This document shows positions 1 to 9,006 of a DNA stretch of 64,000 nucleotides, one piece after another. The position numbers and the translations under genes are program-made. Positions within the stretch are counted from its first letter, which is position 1. The number at the start of each line of letters is the position of its first letter. Where the stretch lies: NCBI GenBank assembly GCA_963768615.1, contig CAVYIE010000002.1, forward strand, positions 133,930-197,929, written 5' to 3'. A model generated the notes under the pieces. The model was not told the DNA's origin and did not search any database. It was given only the letters and a program-made list of their open reading frames with translations. This DNA comes from Candidatus Eiseniibacteriota bacterium. Its GTDB lineage: Bacteria > Eisenbacteria > RBG-16-71-46 > JABDJR01.

Positions 1-1
1 C

Positions 2-484
2 GTCCCCTACACCATCCTCCGCCCCAACCACTTCTTCCAGAACGACCTCTGGTTCAAGGACCTGCTTCTCGGGGCCGGCATCTATCCCCAGCCCCTGGGG
101 AGCGTCGGGGTGTCGCGGGTCGACGTGCGGGACATCGCCGAGGCCGCGGCGGAGGCCCTGGTGGGGGGCGGCCAGGCCGGCCAGACCTACAACCTGGTGG
201 GGCCGGAAGCGGTGACCGGGACCTCCACCGCCGAGGTGTGGAGCCGGGCCCTGGGCCGGCCGGTGGCCTACATCGGCGACGATCTGGATGCCTGGGAGGA
301 ACAGAGCCTGGCCATGCTTCCGGCCTGGATGGTGTTCGACTTCAAGGAGATGTTCCGGTTCTTCCAGGAGCACGGGCTGAAGGGGGAGGCGGAGGACGTC
401 GAGCGGATGACCGCGCTCCTGGGCCACGCGCCGCGTTCCCTGGAGGACTTCGCCGCCGAGACCGCGGCAGCCTGGAGGGCCTAG
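2..484 (+). CDS. NmrA-like NAD(P)-binding (atypical SDR) protein, 5'-truncated by window edge
   Basis: Frame-2 translation from nt 2 (VPYTILRPNHFFQNDLWF...) is continuous with the listed ORF 110..484. C-terminal region is typical of NmrA/PCBER-like proteins. Confidence 0.6.
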   Translation, partial: VPYTILRPNHFFQNDLWFKDLLLGAGIYPQPLGSVGVSRVDVRDIAEAAAEALVGGGQAGQTYNLVGPEAVTGTSTAEVWSRALGRPVAYIGDDLDAWEEQSLAMLPAWMVFDFKEMFRFFQEHGLKGEAEDVERMTALLGHAPRSLEDFAAETAAAWRA

Positions 485-642
485 CCCCGCGGTCTTCCCC
501 GCCCGCGGGCCGCGGGAGACCGCGGCCCGCCCGGACGCCCGGCACCGGTGCCGGCCCCGGTGCCGGCAGGAGAACGGCCCACCCGCGGTTCGCGCCGCGA
601 GCGGGCCGTGACTTGTCCGGGGTGGATGAAACCGCGGGGCGG

Positions 643-1695
643 CTAGGCCACCGTCACCTTCTTGGAGAGGTAGACGTCCTGGATGGCGTTCAGGAGCTTC
701 ACCCCGTCCTTCATGGGCTTCTGGAACGCCTTGCGCCCCGAGATGAGCCCCATGCCTCCGGCCCGCTTGTTGATGACCGCGGTCCGGACGGCCTCGGCGA
801 GGTCGTTCTTGCCCGAAGCGCCGCCGGAGTTGATGAGCCCCGCCCGCCCCATGTACCCGTTCACCACCTGGTAGCGGGTGAGGTCGATGGGGTGGTCGGT
901 GGAGAGCTCGGTGTACATCTTGGGGTTGGTCTTCCCGAAGCCCAGCGCCTTGAAGCCGCCGTTGTTCTCGGGGAGCTTCTGCTTCACGATGTCCGCCTCG
1001 ATGGTCACGCCCAGGTGGTTGGCCTGGCCGGTGAGGTCCGCGGCCACGTGGTAGTCCTTCTCCTTGGTCTTGAAGTCCTCGTTCCGGGTGTAGCACCAGA
1101 GGATGGTGCCCATGCCCAGGGAGTGGGCCTGCTCGAAGGCCTGGCTGATCTCCAGGATCTGGCGCCGGGACTCCAGGGACCCGAAGTAGATGGTCGCCCC
1201 CACCGCCACCGCGCCCATCTCGAAGGCCTGCTCCACGCTGGCGAACAGGGTCTGGTCGTAGACGTTCGGATAGCTCAGAAGCTCGTTGTGGTTGATCTTG
1301 AGGATGAACGGGATCCGGTGGGCGTACTGGCGGGCCACCGCCCCCAGCACCCCAAGGGTCGAGGCCACCGCGTTGCACCCGCCCTCCATGGCCAGCTTCA
1401 CGATGTTCCCGGGATCGAAGTACTCGGGGTTGGGCGCGAAGGACGCGCCGGCGGTGTGCTCGATGCCCTGGTCCACGGGGAGAATGGAGAGGTAGCCGGT
1501 GCCGGCCAGCCGCCCGTGGTTGAAGAGCTGATTCAGGCTGCGCAGGACCGGCGTGGGCCGGTCGGAGAGCGCATAGACCCGGTCCACGTAATCGGGACCG
1601 GGAAGGTGAAGCTGTTCCTTGGGCACGGTGGTGCACTTGTGGCCGAGCAGGTCCTTGGCCTCCGCGCCGAGAAGTTTTTCCAAATCGAGTGCCAT
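643..1695 (-). CDS. fbaB: Class I fructose-bisphosphate aldolase (FbaB-type, DeoC/LacD family)
   Basis: 350 aa, colinear over the full length with E. coli FbaB ([36 protein letters not shown] motifs). Confidence 0.9.
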   Translation of the reverse strand: MALDLEKLLGAEAKDLLGHKCTTVPKEQLHLPGPDYVDRVYALSDRPTPVLRSLNQLFNHGRLAGTGYLSILPVDQGIEHTAGASFAPNPEYFDPGNIVKLAMEGGCNAVASTLGVLGAVARQYAHRIPFILKINHNELLSYPNVYDQTLFASVEQAFEMGAVAVGATIYFGSLESRRQILEISQAFEQAHSLGMGTILWCYTRNEDFKTKEKDYHVAADLTGQANHLGVTIEADIVKQKLPENNGGFKALGFGKTNPKMYTELSTDHPIDLTRYQVVNGYMGRAGLINSGGASGKNDLAEAVRTAVINKRAGGMGLISGRKAFQKPMKDGVKLLNAIQDVYLSKKVTVA

Positions 1696-1840
1696 CCTGG
1701 CCTCCTTTCCTCATCACTGCCAAAGCCGGGGCACAATGGTAGCGCACCCGGGCCCGGCTGTCCCGGGGGGAGATTGCCGCCGCGGGGTCCTGACGGGGAC
1801 CGGCCGCGACCGGCATAATCCCCGGAGCGGGGACCGGGCG

Positions 1841-3049
1841 ATGCGCGCCCCGTCCGCCGCCGGAGGTCCCGTGAACCGAACAAAGCCGTCCGACGGTCCC
1901 CACCGCTTCCTGGTCACCACCGGGGCCGGGCTCGAAGGCCTGCTCCGGGAGGAGCTGGAGGAGATGGGGCTCGCCCCCCGGCCCACCCCGGCCGGGCCCC
2001 TGGTGCTGGCCGGCGACTGGACGGCGGCGGCTACCGTGCTCACCCGGTCCCGGATCGCCTCCCGGCTGCTGCTGTCCCTGCGGGAGTTCTCCGCCCGCCA
2101 CCAGGCCATGCTCTACGACCAGGTCCGCCGGGTGCGGTGGGCGGAGCTCTTCTCCCCGGAGCGCTCGCTGGCCGTCCACACCTTCGGCGATCCCGGCCGG
2201 GCCGACTTCACCCTCCCCTACGCCGCGCTCAAGATCAAGGACGCGGTCTGCGACGAGTACCGCCACCATGGGCTGCCCCGCCCGGACGTGGACCGGCACG
2301 AGCCCGACGTCCGCCTCACCGCCTTCTTCTTCCGGGGCCGGTGCGAGCTCTCGGTGGATCTCTCCGGGGCCCCGCTCCACCGGCGCGGCTACCGGGAGGA
2401 AGGCGCCGAGGCCCCCCTGCGCGAGAACCGGGCCGCGGCCCTGCTCCGCTTCGCCGGCTACGACGGGAGCGGCCCGCTGCTCGATCCCTTCTGCGGGAGC
2501 GGCACCGTGGCCGTGGAGGCGGCGTTGATCGCCCTTCGCCGCGCCCCGGGGCTCCTCAGGCCGGTGGAGGGGTACGCGGCGGCGGTGCTCTTCCCCGAAT
2601 CGGTGGAGCCGCTGGGGGAGGCGCGGGTGCGCGCTTCCGCCGAGGCCTCGGAGGAGGCGCCGGCGCCGATCCTGGGCTCCGACGTCTCCGGGGATACGCT
2701 CGCCGTGGCCCGGTCCAACGCGGCCAAGGCGGGGGTGGCCGGGGCGATCCGCTTCGACCGGGCCGACGCCCGGGAGATCGAGCCCCCGGCGGGCTGGATC
2801 GTGACCAACCCGCCCTACGGCGAGCGCCTGGGGGACGAGGAGAGCGCGGTGGCGCTCCTGGACGCCTTCGTGAGCCGGGTCAAGCACCACGGCGCCGGGG
2901 CGCGTCTGGCCCTGGTCGTGCCCCGGGGCCGGCTGGAGAAGTCGGTGGGGCTCCGGCCGTCCAGGCGGCTGGCGGTGGAGAGCGGCCGCCTGGGGCTGCG
3001 GTTCCTGGTCTTCGAGATCTACGCCGGGAGCCGGAAGGGGCGCGGGTAG
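1841..3049 (+). CDS. THUMP-domain class I SAM-dependent RNA (m2G-type) methyltransferase, RlmL/UPF0020-like
   Basis: THUMP-like N-terminus (FLVTTGAGLEGLLREELEE); SAM motif DPFCGSGT and NPPYGERLG catalytic motif. Start is the ATG at 1841, beyond the fbaB start; the upstream part of the ORF overlaps fbaB. Confidence 0.75.
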   Translation: MRAPSAAGGPVNRTKPSDGPHRFLVTTGAGLEGLLREELEEMGLAPRPTPAGPLVLAGDWTAAATVLTRSRIASRLLLSLREFSARHQAMLYDQVRRVRWAELFSPERSLAVHTFGDPGRADFTLPYAALKIKDAVCDEYRHHGLPRPDVDRHEPDVRLTAFFFRGRCELSVDLSGAPLHRRGYREEGAEAPLRENRAAALLRFAGYDGSGPLLDPFCGSGTVAVEAALIALRRAPGLLRPVEGYAAAVLFPESVEPLGEARVRASAEASEEAPAPILGSDVSGDTLAVARSNAAKAGVAGAIRFDRADAREIEPPAGWIVTNPPYGERLGDEESAVALLDAFVSRVKHHGAGARLALVVPRGRLEKSVGLRPSRRLAVESGRLGLRFLVFEIYAGSRKGRG

Positions 3050-3089
3050 CCGCGGCGGTCCCGCGGCCGGATGCTCGCCCTGCGCTCCC

Positions 3090-3707
3090 TCAGGGAGCGG
3101 GGGCGAACAGCAGCTCCACGTAGTTCCGGTAGTGCTCCAGGGCCCGGGCCACCGCGCCGCGCTCCCCCACGCTCCGGGCCAGCACGTATCCCCCCTCGAA
3201 GGCCACCGTGATCTGGTCGGCCAGGGATTCGGGGGCCACCGGCATCCGGGACGGGTAGCGCTCGGTGACCTCCCGGATCTTGGCCGCCAGGCCGCGCCGC
3301 CAGAAATGGATCGACTCGCGGACGGCGTTCAAGGCCTCCGGCTCCAGGAGCCCGCTCTGGTAGACGTAGGACGCGTAGAGGCAGCCGGGGTTCTCGGTGT
3401 CCAGGTTCTCCATCATCTCGATGCCGAAGCCGATGAAGATCAGGAGCTGCTGGAGCGGGTCCCGGCTGAGTTTCTCCGCCCGTTCCATGAAGGAGTGGTA
3501 GTGGGCGATGTCCTGCGCGGCATAGCGTTCCACCACCGCCCGGGCCAGGTCCGCCTTGGTCTTGAAGTGGTAGAAGAAGGCCCCCTTGGTGATCCCCGCC
3601 CGCTCGATCACGCTGTCCACCGAGGTGCCGCCGTAGCCGTGGTCCATCATCAAACCCTCGGCCGCGTTCAGGATCTTCTCCCGGGTGGCCGCGCCGTCTC
3701 TGGGCAT
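3090..3707 (-). CDS. TetR/AcrR family transcriptional regulator
   Basis: N-terminal HTH (REKILNAAEGLMMDHGYGGTSVDSVIERAGITKGAFFYHFKTK). Start placed at the ATG at 3707, preceded by a GGAGAG RBS. Confidence 0.85.
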   Translation of the reverse strand: MPRDGAATREKILNAAEGLMMDHGYGGTSVDSVIERAGITKGAFFYHFKTKADLARAVVERYAAQDIAHYHSFMERAEKLSRDPLQQLLIFIGFGIEMMENLDTENPGCLYASYVYQSGLLEPEALNAVRESIHFWRRGLAAKIREVTERYPSRMPVAPESLADQITVAFEGGYVLARSVGERGAVARALEHYRNYVELLFAPAP

Positions 3708-3852
3708 CCTCTCTCCTCTCGTTCGGGAACCGCTGAACAGACCATTTAGTTTATTCGCTGACCCGCCGCTCCGGTCAAGCTCTTTCCTATTAGCCCATAA
3801 ACTATTTACAGATAATCGCTTACTCAAAACTATGAAAAGGTACTGTTTGGTC

Positions 3853-3881
3853 TTGACTGGCGGAGTCACGATCCTTATTCT
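3853..3881 (+). promoter_or_regulatory. sigma70-like promoter (TTGACT-N17-TATTCT) in an AT-rich divergent intergenic region between the TetR gene and the desaturase-family gene
   Basis: The 3708-3928 intergenic is far below the window's GC average. It holds a near-consensus -35/-10 pair with 17-nt spacing, 47 nt upstream of the 3929 ATG (GGAGG RBS at 3918). Also has direct 'aaactat' repeats, candidate TetR operator material. Confidence 0.45.
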
Positions 3882-3928
3882 ATACCAACTAGTCTGTACA
3901 TATATTCCCGTCATCACGGAGGTGCCTC

Positions 3929-4738
3929 ATGACCGAGATCCTCGAACTCCTCGGAATCGCCGTCATTCCCGCCTTCCTCCTCGTGGACCTGGCCGGGGGC
4001 GCCCGCCCCTATCCCGGAGGGTGGGCCTGGCGGCTTCGCGCCCTGGGCATGACCCTGGTCACCTTCGCCACCGCGGTGGCGGTCACCCTGGGCTGGGCCG
4101 CCGTCTTCGGCGACCGCCACCTCCTCGACCTCAGCGGCCTCGGCACCTGGGCCGGCGCCGGGGTGGGGGTGCTGGTGAGCGAGCTGCTCCAGTACGGGTA
4201 CCACCGCGCCGTCCACCGCTGGGACTTCCTGTGGCGCCGGCTGCACCTGATGCACCACAGCGCCGAGACCCTGGACGCCTTCGGAGCCAACTGGATCCAC
4301 CCCCTGGACAATGCCTTCTTCACCACCTGGGGGAGCCTGACCTTCTTCCCCCTCCTCGGCCTGACCCCGGAGGCGGGAGCGGCGGCCGCGCTCTTCATCA
4401 CCTTCAACGCGCTCTTCCAGCACACCAACAAGCGCACCCCGCACTGGCTGGGCTACCTCATCCAGCGCCCGGAGAGCCACGCCGTCCACCACGGCCGCGG
4501 AATCCACCGCTGGAACTACTCCGACCTGCCGGTCCTGGACATGATCTTCGGCACCTTCCGGAACCCGCGCTCGGTGGAGGGGCTCCGGGCCGGGTTCTAC
4601 GACGGCGCCTCGGACCGGGTCTGGGACATGCTCGTGTGGCGCGACGTCTCGCGGCCCCGGCCGGCCCCGTGCCCCCCGGCCTGGGATTCGTTACAATCCC
4701 GCCGGCCCGGCCGGAGCCGCGCCGGGCTGCGGACCTGA
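3929..4738 (+). CDS. Fatty acid hydroxylase / sterol desaturase superfamily membrane protein
   Basis: Histidine boxes HRAVHRW, HLMHHS, HAVHHG in a hydrophobic protein. Divergently arranged with the TetR gene. Confidence 0.8.
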   Translation: MTEILELLGIAVIPAFLLVDLAGGARPYPGGWAWRLRALGMTLVTFATAVAVTLGWAAVFGDRHLLDLSGLGTWAGAGVGVLVSELLQYGYHRAVHRWDFLWRRLHLMHHSAETLDAFGANWIHPLDNAFFTTWGSLTFFPLLGLTPEAGAAAALFITFNALFQHTNKRTPHWLGYLIQRPESHAVHHGRGIHRWNYSDLPVLDMIFGTFRNPRSVEGLRAGFYDGASDRVWDMLVWRDVSRPRPAPCPPAWDSLQSRRPGRSRAGLRT

Positions 4739-4754
4739 TCCCGGGAGGAGGTCG

Positions 4755-7700
4755 ATGAAGATGCGCCACGTGCCCGCCGCCGGCTCGGCCGGCTCCGTCC
4801 TGTTCCTCGTACTGGCCCTGTTCCTGGTGGGCCTCCTTCCCCCCGCCCCCGCGGCGGCGGAGAAACCCCCGGAGCGGATGAAGGCCGGGACCTTCGCCGG
4901 CCTCGCCCTCCGCGGCATCGGCCCCGCCGTGAGCTCGGGGCGGATCGGGGACATCGCGGTGGTGCCCGGCCGGCCCTACGCCTGGTTCGTGGCCGTGGCC
5001 TCGGGGGGGGTGTGGCGCACCGACAACGCCGGCACCACCTGGGAGGCGGTCTTCGACACCGCCGGCTCCTACTCCATCGGCTGCGTGACCGTGGACCCCG
5101 GCAATCCCCTCACGGTGTGGGTGGGGACGGGGGAGAACAACAGCCAGCGGAGCGTGGGCTACGGCGACGGGGTCTACAAGTCGACCGACGGGGGTTCCGG
5201 CTGGACGCGGATGGGGCTCGAGCATTCGGAGCACATCGGCAGGATCGTGGTCGATCCCCGCGACTCGGACGTGGTCTACGTGGCCGCCCAGGGCCCGCTC
5301 TGGTCCGAGGGGGGCGACCGGGGGCTCTACAAGACCGCCGACGGGGGGAAGACCTGGGAACGGATCCTGGACATCGACTCCTGGACCGGGGTGAGCGACC
5401 TCGTCCTGGACCCCCGGAACCCCGACGTGATGTACGCCTCCGCCTACCAGCGCGGGCGCCGCGTGTGGTCCCTGGTGGACGGCGGGCCGGGCTCGGCCAT
5501 CTACAAGACCGTGGACGGGGGGGCGCACTGGGACAAGCTCACCACTGGGCTTCCCCACGCCGACCTGGGGCGGATCGGCCTCGCCGTCTCGCCGGTGGAC
5601 CCGGACGTGGTCTACGCCATCGTGGAGGCCTCGGACAAGAAGGACGCCGGGTTCTACCGGTCCACCGACGCGGGGGGGAACTGGAAGCGGATGAGCGGCT
5701 ACCTCTCCTCCAGCCCCCAGTACTACCAGGAGCTGGTCCCCGATCCCGCCGACCCCGACCGGGTCTACTCCCTGGACACTCATCTCATGGTGACCGAGGA
5801 CGGGGGGGCCACCTTCACCCGGGTCAACGGCCGGTTCAAGCACGTGGACAACCACGCCATGTGGATCGATCCCGCCGACACCGATCACCTGCTGGTGGGC
5901 TGCGACGGCGGGGTCTACGAGACCCGGGACCGCGGGGCGAGCTGGGAGTTCAAGGCCAACCTGCCGGTGACCCAGTTCTACAAGATCGCCGTCGACGACT
6001 CCAAGCCGTTCTACTTCGTCTACGGCGGCACCCAGGACAACAACACCCTGGGCGGCCCGTCGCGGACCGCGACCGTCCACGGCATCGTCAACTCGGACTG
6101 GTTCCGGACCGTGGGCGGGGACGGATTCCAGTCCGCCATCGACCCCGTCGATCCCGACATCGTCTACTCCCAGTGGCAGCATGGCGGGCTCATCCGCTAC
6201 GACCGCAAGAACGGCCAGGAAACCGGGATCAAGCCCGAGGCCGCCCCCGGCGACCCCCCGCTGCGCTGGAACTGGAACGCGCCCCTCATCATCAGCCCCC
6301 ACTCCCACACCCGGCTCTACTTCGGGGCCCAGCGCCTGTTCCGGAGCGACGACCGCGGGGACTCCTGGACCGCGGTGAGCCCGGACCTCACCCGGCAGCT
6401 CGATCGGAACCGGATGAAGGTGATGGGCCGGGTGTGGAGCGTGGACGCGGTGGCCAAGAACGCCTCCACCTCCTTCTACGGCACCCTGGTCGCCCTGGAC
6501 GAATCGCCCCTGGTGGAGGGGCTCCTCTACGTGGGGACCGACGACGGCCTGATCCAGGTCACCGAGGACGGAGGAGCCACCTGGCGAAAGTGCGACCGGT
6601 TCCCGGGGGTGCCCGAGCTGGCCTACGTGTCCCGGGTGACCGCCTCCCGTAACGACGCCAACACCGTCTACGCCGCCTTCGACGCCCACAAGCTGGGCGA
6701 CTTCAAGCCCTACCTGCTGAAGAGCACCGACCGGGGCCGCTCCTGGAAGTCCATCGCCGGAGACCTGCCCGCGCGGGGCACGGTCTACGCGCTGGTCCAG
6801 GACGGCGAGAAGCCGGCCCTGCTCTTCGCCGGGACCGAGTTCGGGGTGTTCTTCACCGTGGACGGCGGCCGGCGCTGGGTGGAGCTGACCGGGGGGATGC
6901 CGACCATCGCGGTGCGGGACCTGGCCATCCAGCGGCGCGAGAACGACCTGGTGGTGGGCACCTTCGGCCGTGGGTTCTACATCCTGGACGACTACACCCC
7001 GCTCCGCGGCGTGGACGACGCCGCCCTGGAGCGGGAGGCCGCCCTCCTGCCGGTGAAGGACGCCCCCATGTACGTGCCCGCCACCCCCTTCGGAGGCGAG
7101 GAGAAGGGGAGCCAGGGGGACGCCTTCTTCACCGCGCCCAACCCGCCCTTCGGCGCCGTGTTCACCTACTACCTCCGGGACGAGATCCAGACCCGGCGGG
7201 AGCAACGGCGGGAGCGGGAGAAGGAGCTGGAGAAGGCGGGGAAGCCGGCCTACTACCCGCCGTGGGATTCCCTGCGGGCCGAGGACCGGGAGGAGGCGCC
7301 GGAGGCGGTGCTCACCGTGACCGACGCCGACGGGAACGTGGTGCGGCGGGTGACCGGGCCGGTCAAGGCCGGCTACCACCGGGTGGCCTGGGACCTGCGC
7401 TATCCGGCCGCCAATCCGGTGAACCTCCATCCCCCGGACAACCCCTGGTACGAGCCCCCCCGGGGCCCCCTGGCCGCCCCGGGCACCTACTCGGTGTCCC
7501 TGGCCCTGCTCCGGGACGGCAAGCCGGAGCCGCTGGGGGAAGCCCGGACCTTCCGGGCGGAACCGGCCGAGGCCTCGACGCTCCCCGCCCCCGACCGCGA
7601 GGCCCTGCTCGCCTTCCAGCGCAAGACGGCCCGGCTGCAGCGGGCGGTGCTGGGTTCGGTGAAGTCCCTGGCCGAGGCCAAGGAGCGGCTGGAGTATCTC

Positions 7701-8069
7701 CGGAAGGCCCTGGAAGAGACCCCCGAGGCCGACCGGGGGCTCATGGACCGGACCCGGGACCTGGAGCGGCGCCTGGCCGATCTCTCCATCCGGTTCAGCG
7801 GGGACCCGACCATCGAGAGCCGCCACGAGCCGGTGCCGCCCTCCGTCACCGACCGGGTGAGCCAAATCGTGGACAGCCAGTGGATGTCCACCTCCGCCGT
7901 CACCGCCACCAGCGAGGCGAACTACGCCGCCGCGGCGGACGCCTTCGGAACCGCCCTGGAGGACCTCCGCACCCTGATCGAAACCGACCTCCGCGCCCTG
8001 GAAGCGGACGCGGAAGCGGCGGGGGCGCCCTGGACCCCGGGCCGGGTCCCGACCTGGAAGCGGGAGTAG
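4755..8069 (+). CDS. Secreted BNR/Asp-box repeat protein, sortilin/Vps10-like (glycosyl-hydrolase-like beta-propellers)
   Basis: Signal peptide. More than 10 S/T-x-D-x-G-x-T/S-W Asp-box repeats (STDGGSGW, TADGGKTW, TVDGGAHW, STDAGGNW...). C-terminal coiled-coil-like tail. Confidence 0.85.
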   Translation: MKMRHVPAAGSAGSVLFLVLALFLVGLLPPAPAAAEKPPERMKAGTFAGLALRGIGPAVSSGRIGDIAVVPGRPYAWFVAVASGGVWRTDNAGTTWEAVFDTAGSYSIGCVTVDPGNPLTVWVGTGENNSQRSVGYGDGVYKSTDGGSGWTRMGLEHSEHIGRIVVDPRDSDVVYVAAQGPLWSEGGDRGLYKTADGGKTWERILDIDSWTGVSDLVLDPRNPDVMYASAYQRGRRVWSLVDGGPGSAIYKTVDGGAHWDKLTTGLPHADLGRIGLAVSPVDPDVVYAIVEASDKKDAGFYRSTDAGGNWKRMSGYLSSSPQYYQELVPDPADPDRVYSLDTHLMVTEDGGATFTRVNGRFKHVDNHAMWIDPADTDHLLVGCDGGVYETRDRGASWEFKANLPVTQFYKIAVDDSKPFYFVYGGTQDNNTLGGPSRTATVHGIVNSDWFRTVGGDGFQSAIDPVDPDIVYSQWQHGGLIRYDRKNGQETGIKPEAAPGDPPLRWNWNAPLIISPHSHTRLYFGAQRLFRSDDRGDSWTAVSPDLTRQLDRNRMKVMGRVWSVDAVAKNASTSFYGTLVALDESPLVEGLLYVGTDDGLIQVTEDGGATWRKCDRFPGVPELAYVSRVTASRNDANTVYAAFDAHKLGDFKPYLLKSTDRGRSWKSIAGDLPARGTVYALVQDGEKPALLFAGTEFGVFFTVDGGRRWVELTGGMPTIAVRDLAIQRRENDLVVGTFGRGFYILDDYTPLRGVDDAALEREAALLPVKDAPMYVPATPFGGEEKGSQGDAFFTAPNPPFGAVFTYYLRDEIQTRREQRREREKELEKAGKPAYYPPWDSLRAEDREEAPEAVLTVTDADGNVVRRVTGPVKAGYHRVAWDLRYPAANPVNLHPPDNPWYEPPRGPLAAPGTYSVSLALLRDGKPEPLGEARTFRAEPAEASTLPAPDREALLAFQRKTARLQRAVLGSVKSLAEAKERLEYLRKALEETPEADRGLMDRTRDLERRLADLSIRFSGDPTIESRHEPVPPSVTDRVSQIVDSQWMSTSAVTATSEANYAAAADAFGTALEDLRTLIETDLRALEADAEAAGAPWTPGRVPTWKRE

Positions 8070-8106
8070 CGGCGGCGCAGGAGACGCCCGACGCTGAGGC
8101 AGGGAA

Positions 8107-8140
8107 GGCCCCGGGGAGCGACCCCCGGGGCCTTCGGGTT
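8107..8140 (+). terminator. Rho-independent terminator-like hairpin after the BNR/Vps10 gene
   Basis: ggccccgggg-agcgac-ccccggggcc perfect 10-bp stem, followed by ttcgggtt. Confidence 0.5.
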
Positions 8141-8151
8141 CCCGCCGGACG

Positions 8152-8286
8152 TCGCCGCCGGAGCCTCGGCTCCGGTCGTCTTTTCCGAAGGCTCCGCCGG
8201 AGATCCTCGGTCAGGAGGTCCACGATCCGTTCGATCTCCGGCAGGGTCAGGGGCCGGAACAGCACCACGTCGTCCACCCGGTTCAC
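8152..8286 (-). pseudogene. clpB-derived remnant A: last ~12 codons of a divergent clpB (stop TAG changed to GAG) fused to a 97-bp internal clpB segment
   Basis: Minus-strand translation [34 protein letters not shown] matches clpB residues near its C-terminus. 8152-8190 resembles the resident clpB terminus (13650-13690). 8190-8286 is identical to 12604-12710. Confidence 0.7.
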
Positions 8287-8622
8287 GAAAGCGGGGATTG
8301 AGGCAGCCGTACAGTTCCTGGCGAACAGCCTATACCACCAGATAGGTCCAGGGGCGCACATGGATTCAAACCCGGAGAATCCATTCACTCCCTACCTTCC
8401 GAACCATCCTCATGAACAGATCCCGAGGACGCGATCGTTCGAGCAGGCCAACCTCCTTCCTCCAGATGCCCGTGCGCGTGTCCTTGACGCACCGAAGGAA
8501 CGGGGGAAGATACGGGAGAGGTAGTCAAGGCGCCTCGTCTGCCAACCCGCCATGGATTGTCGCTTGCACATAGGCCCCGTACCGTTTGAGTCTATTTAGG
8601 TCTGTGTAGACCGAGTCCCTGA

Positions 8623-8985
8623 CTCCATAGTGGACTTCCGCCCACGCTCGTCCTCCAGGCGGGGTCGATCACGTTCGACAGCCCGGTCGGGCGCGTCGGG
8701 TTCATATTCGGCGGCAACACGGACAACAGCGTGCCGTTCGCGACCGTGCTCGGCCCGAGCACGACCGGTAACTTCACTCTGACCAGCGTGGCCAACGGCA
8801 CCCCTGGCGTCGACAATTGGACGTTCTATGGGTTCGAGGATACGGACGGGATCACGAGCATCGAGTTCTCCGCCGAGACGAACAACAACTGGTACTACGG
8901 GATCTACGATTTCATCTACGAGGATCTGCAGGCCGTCTCGGCGGAGCCCACCACCTGGAGCGACGTGAAGGCGCTCTTCGAGTAG
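8623..8985 (+). pseudogene. Startless C-terminal gene remnant (secreted-protein-like), low GC
   Basis: Open frame ...SITFDSPVGRVGFIFGGNTDNSVPFATVLGPSTTGNFTLTSVANGTPGVDNWTFYGFEDTDGITSIEFSAETNNNWYYGIYDFIYEDLQ... ends at 8985. No plausible start: the only in-frame start codon is the GTG at 8731. Stops at 8587 and 8620. Local GC is well below the window average. Confidence 0.35.
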
Positions 8986-9006
8986 GAACGCCGCGGCCCA
9001 TCCGCG

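Noticed and set aside
4458-7865. 1135-aa ORF antisense to the BNR/Vps10 gene
   Set aside because: Gly/Pro/Arg/His-rich with no domain-like segments. Typical GC-driven antisense ORF opposite a well-supported gene.
7900-8388. 162-aa minus ORF reading through clpB-remnant A into Arg/Pro-rich sequence
   Set aside because: Only the ~30 clpB-like codons are meaningful; the rest is read-through of non-coding DNA. Retained only as a pseudogene fragment.
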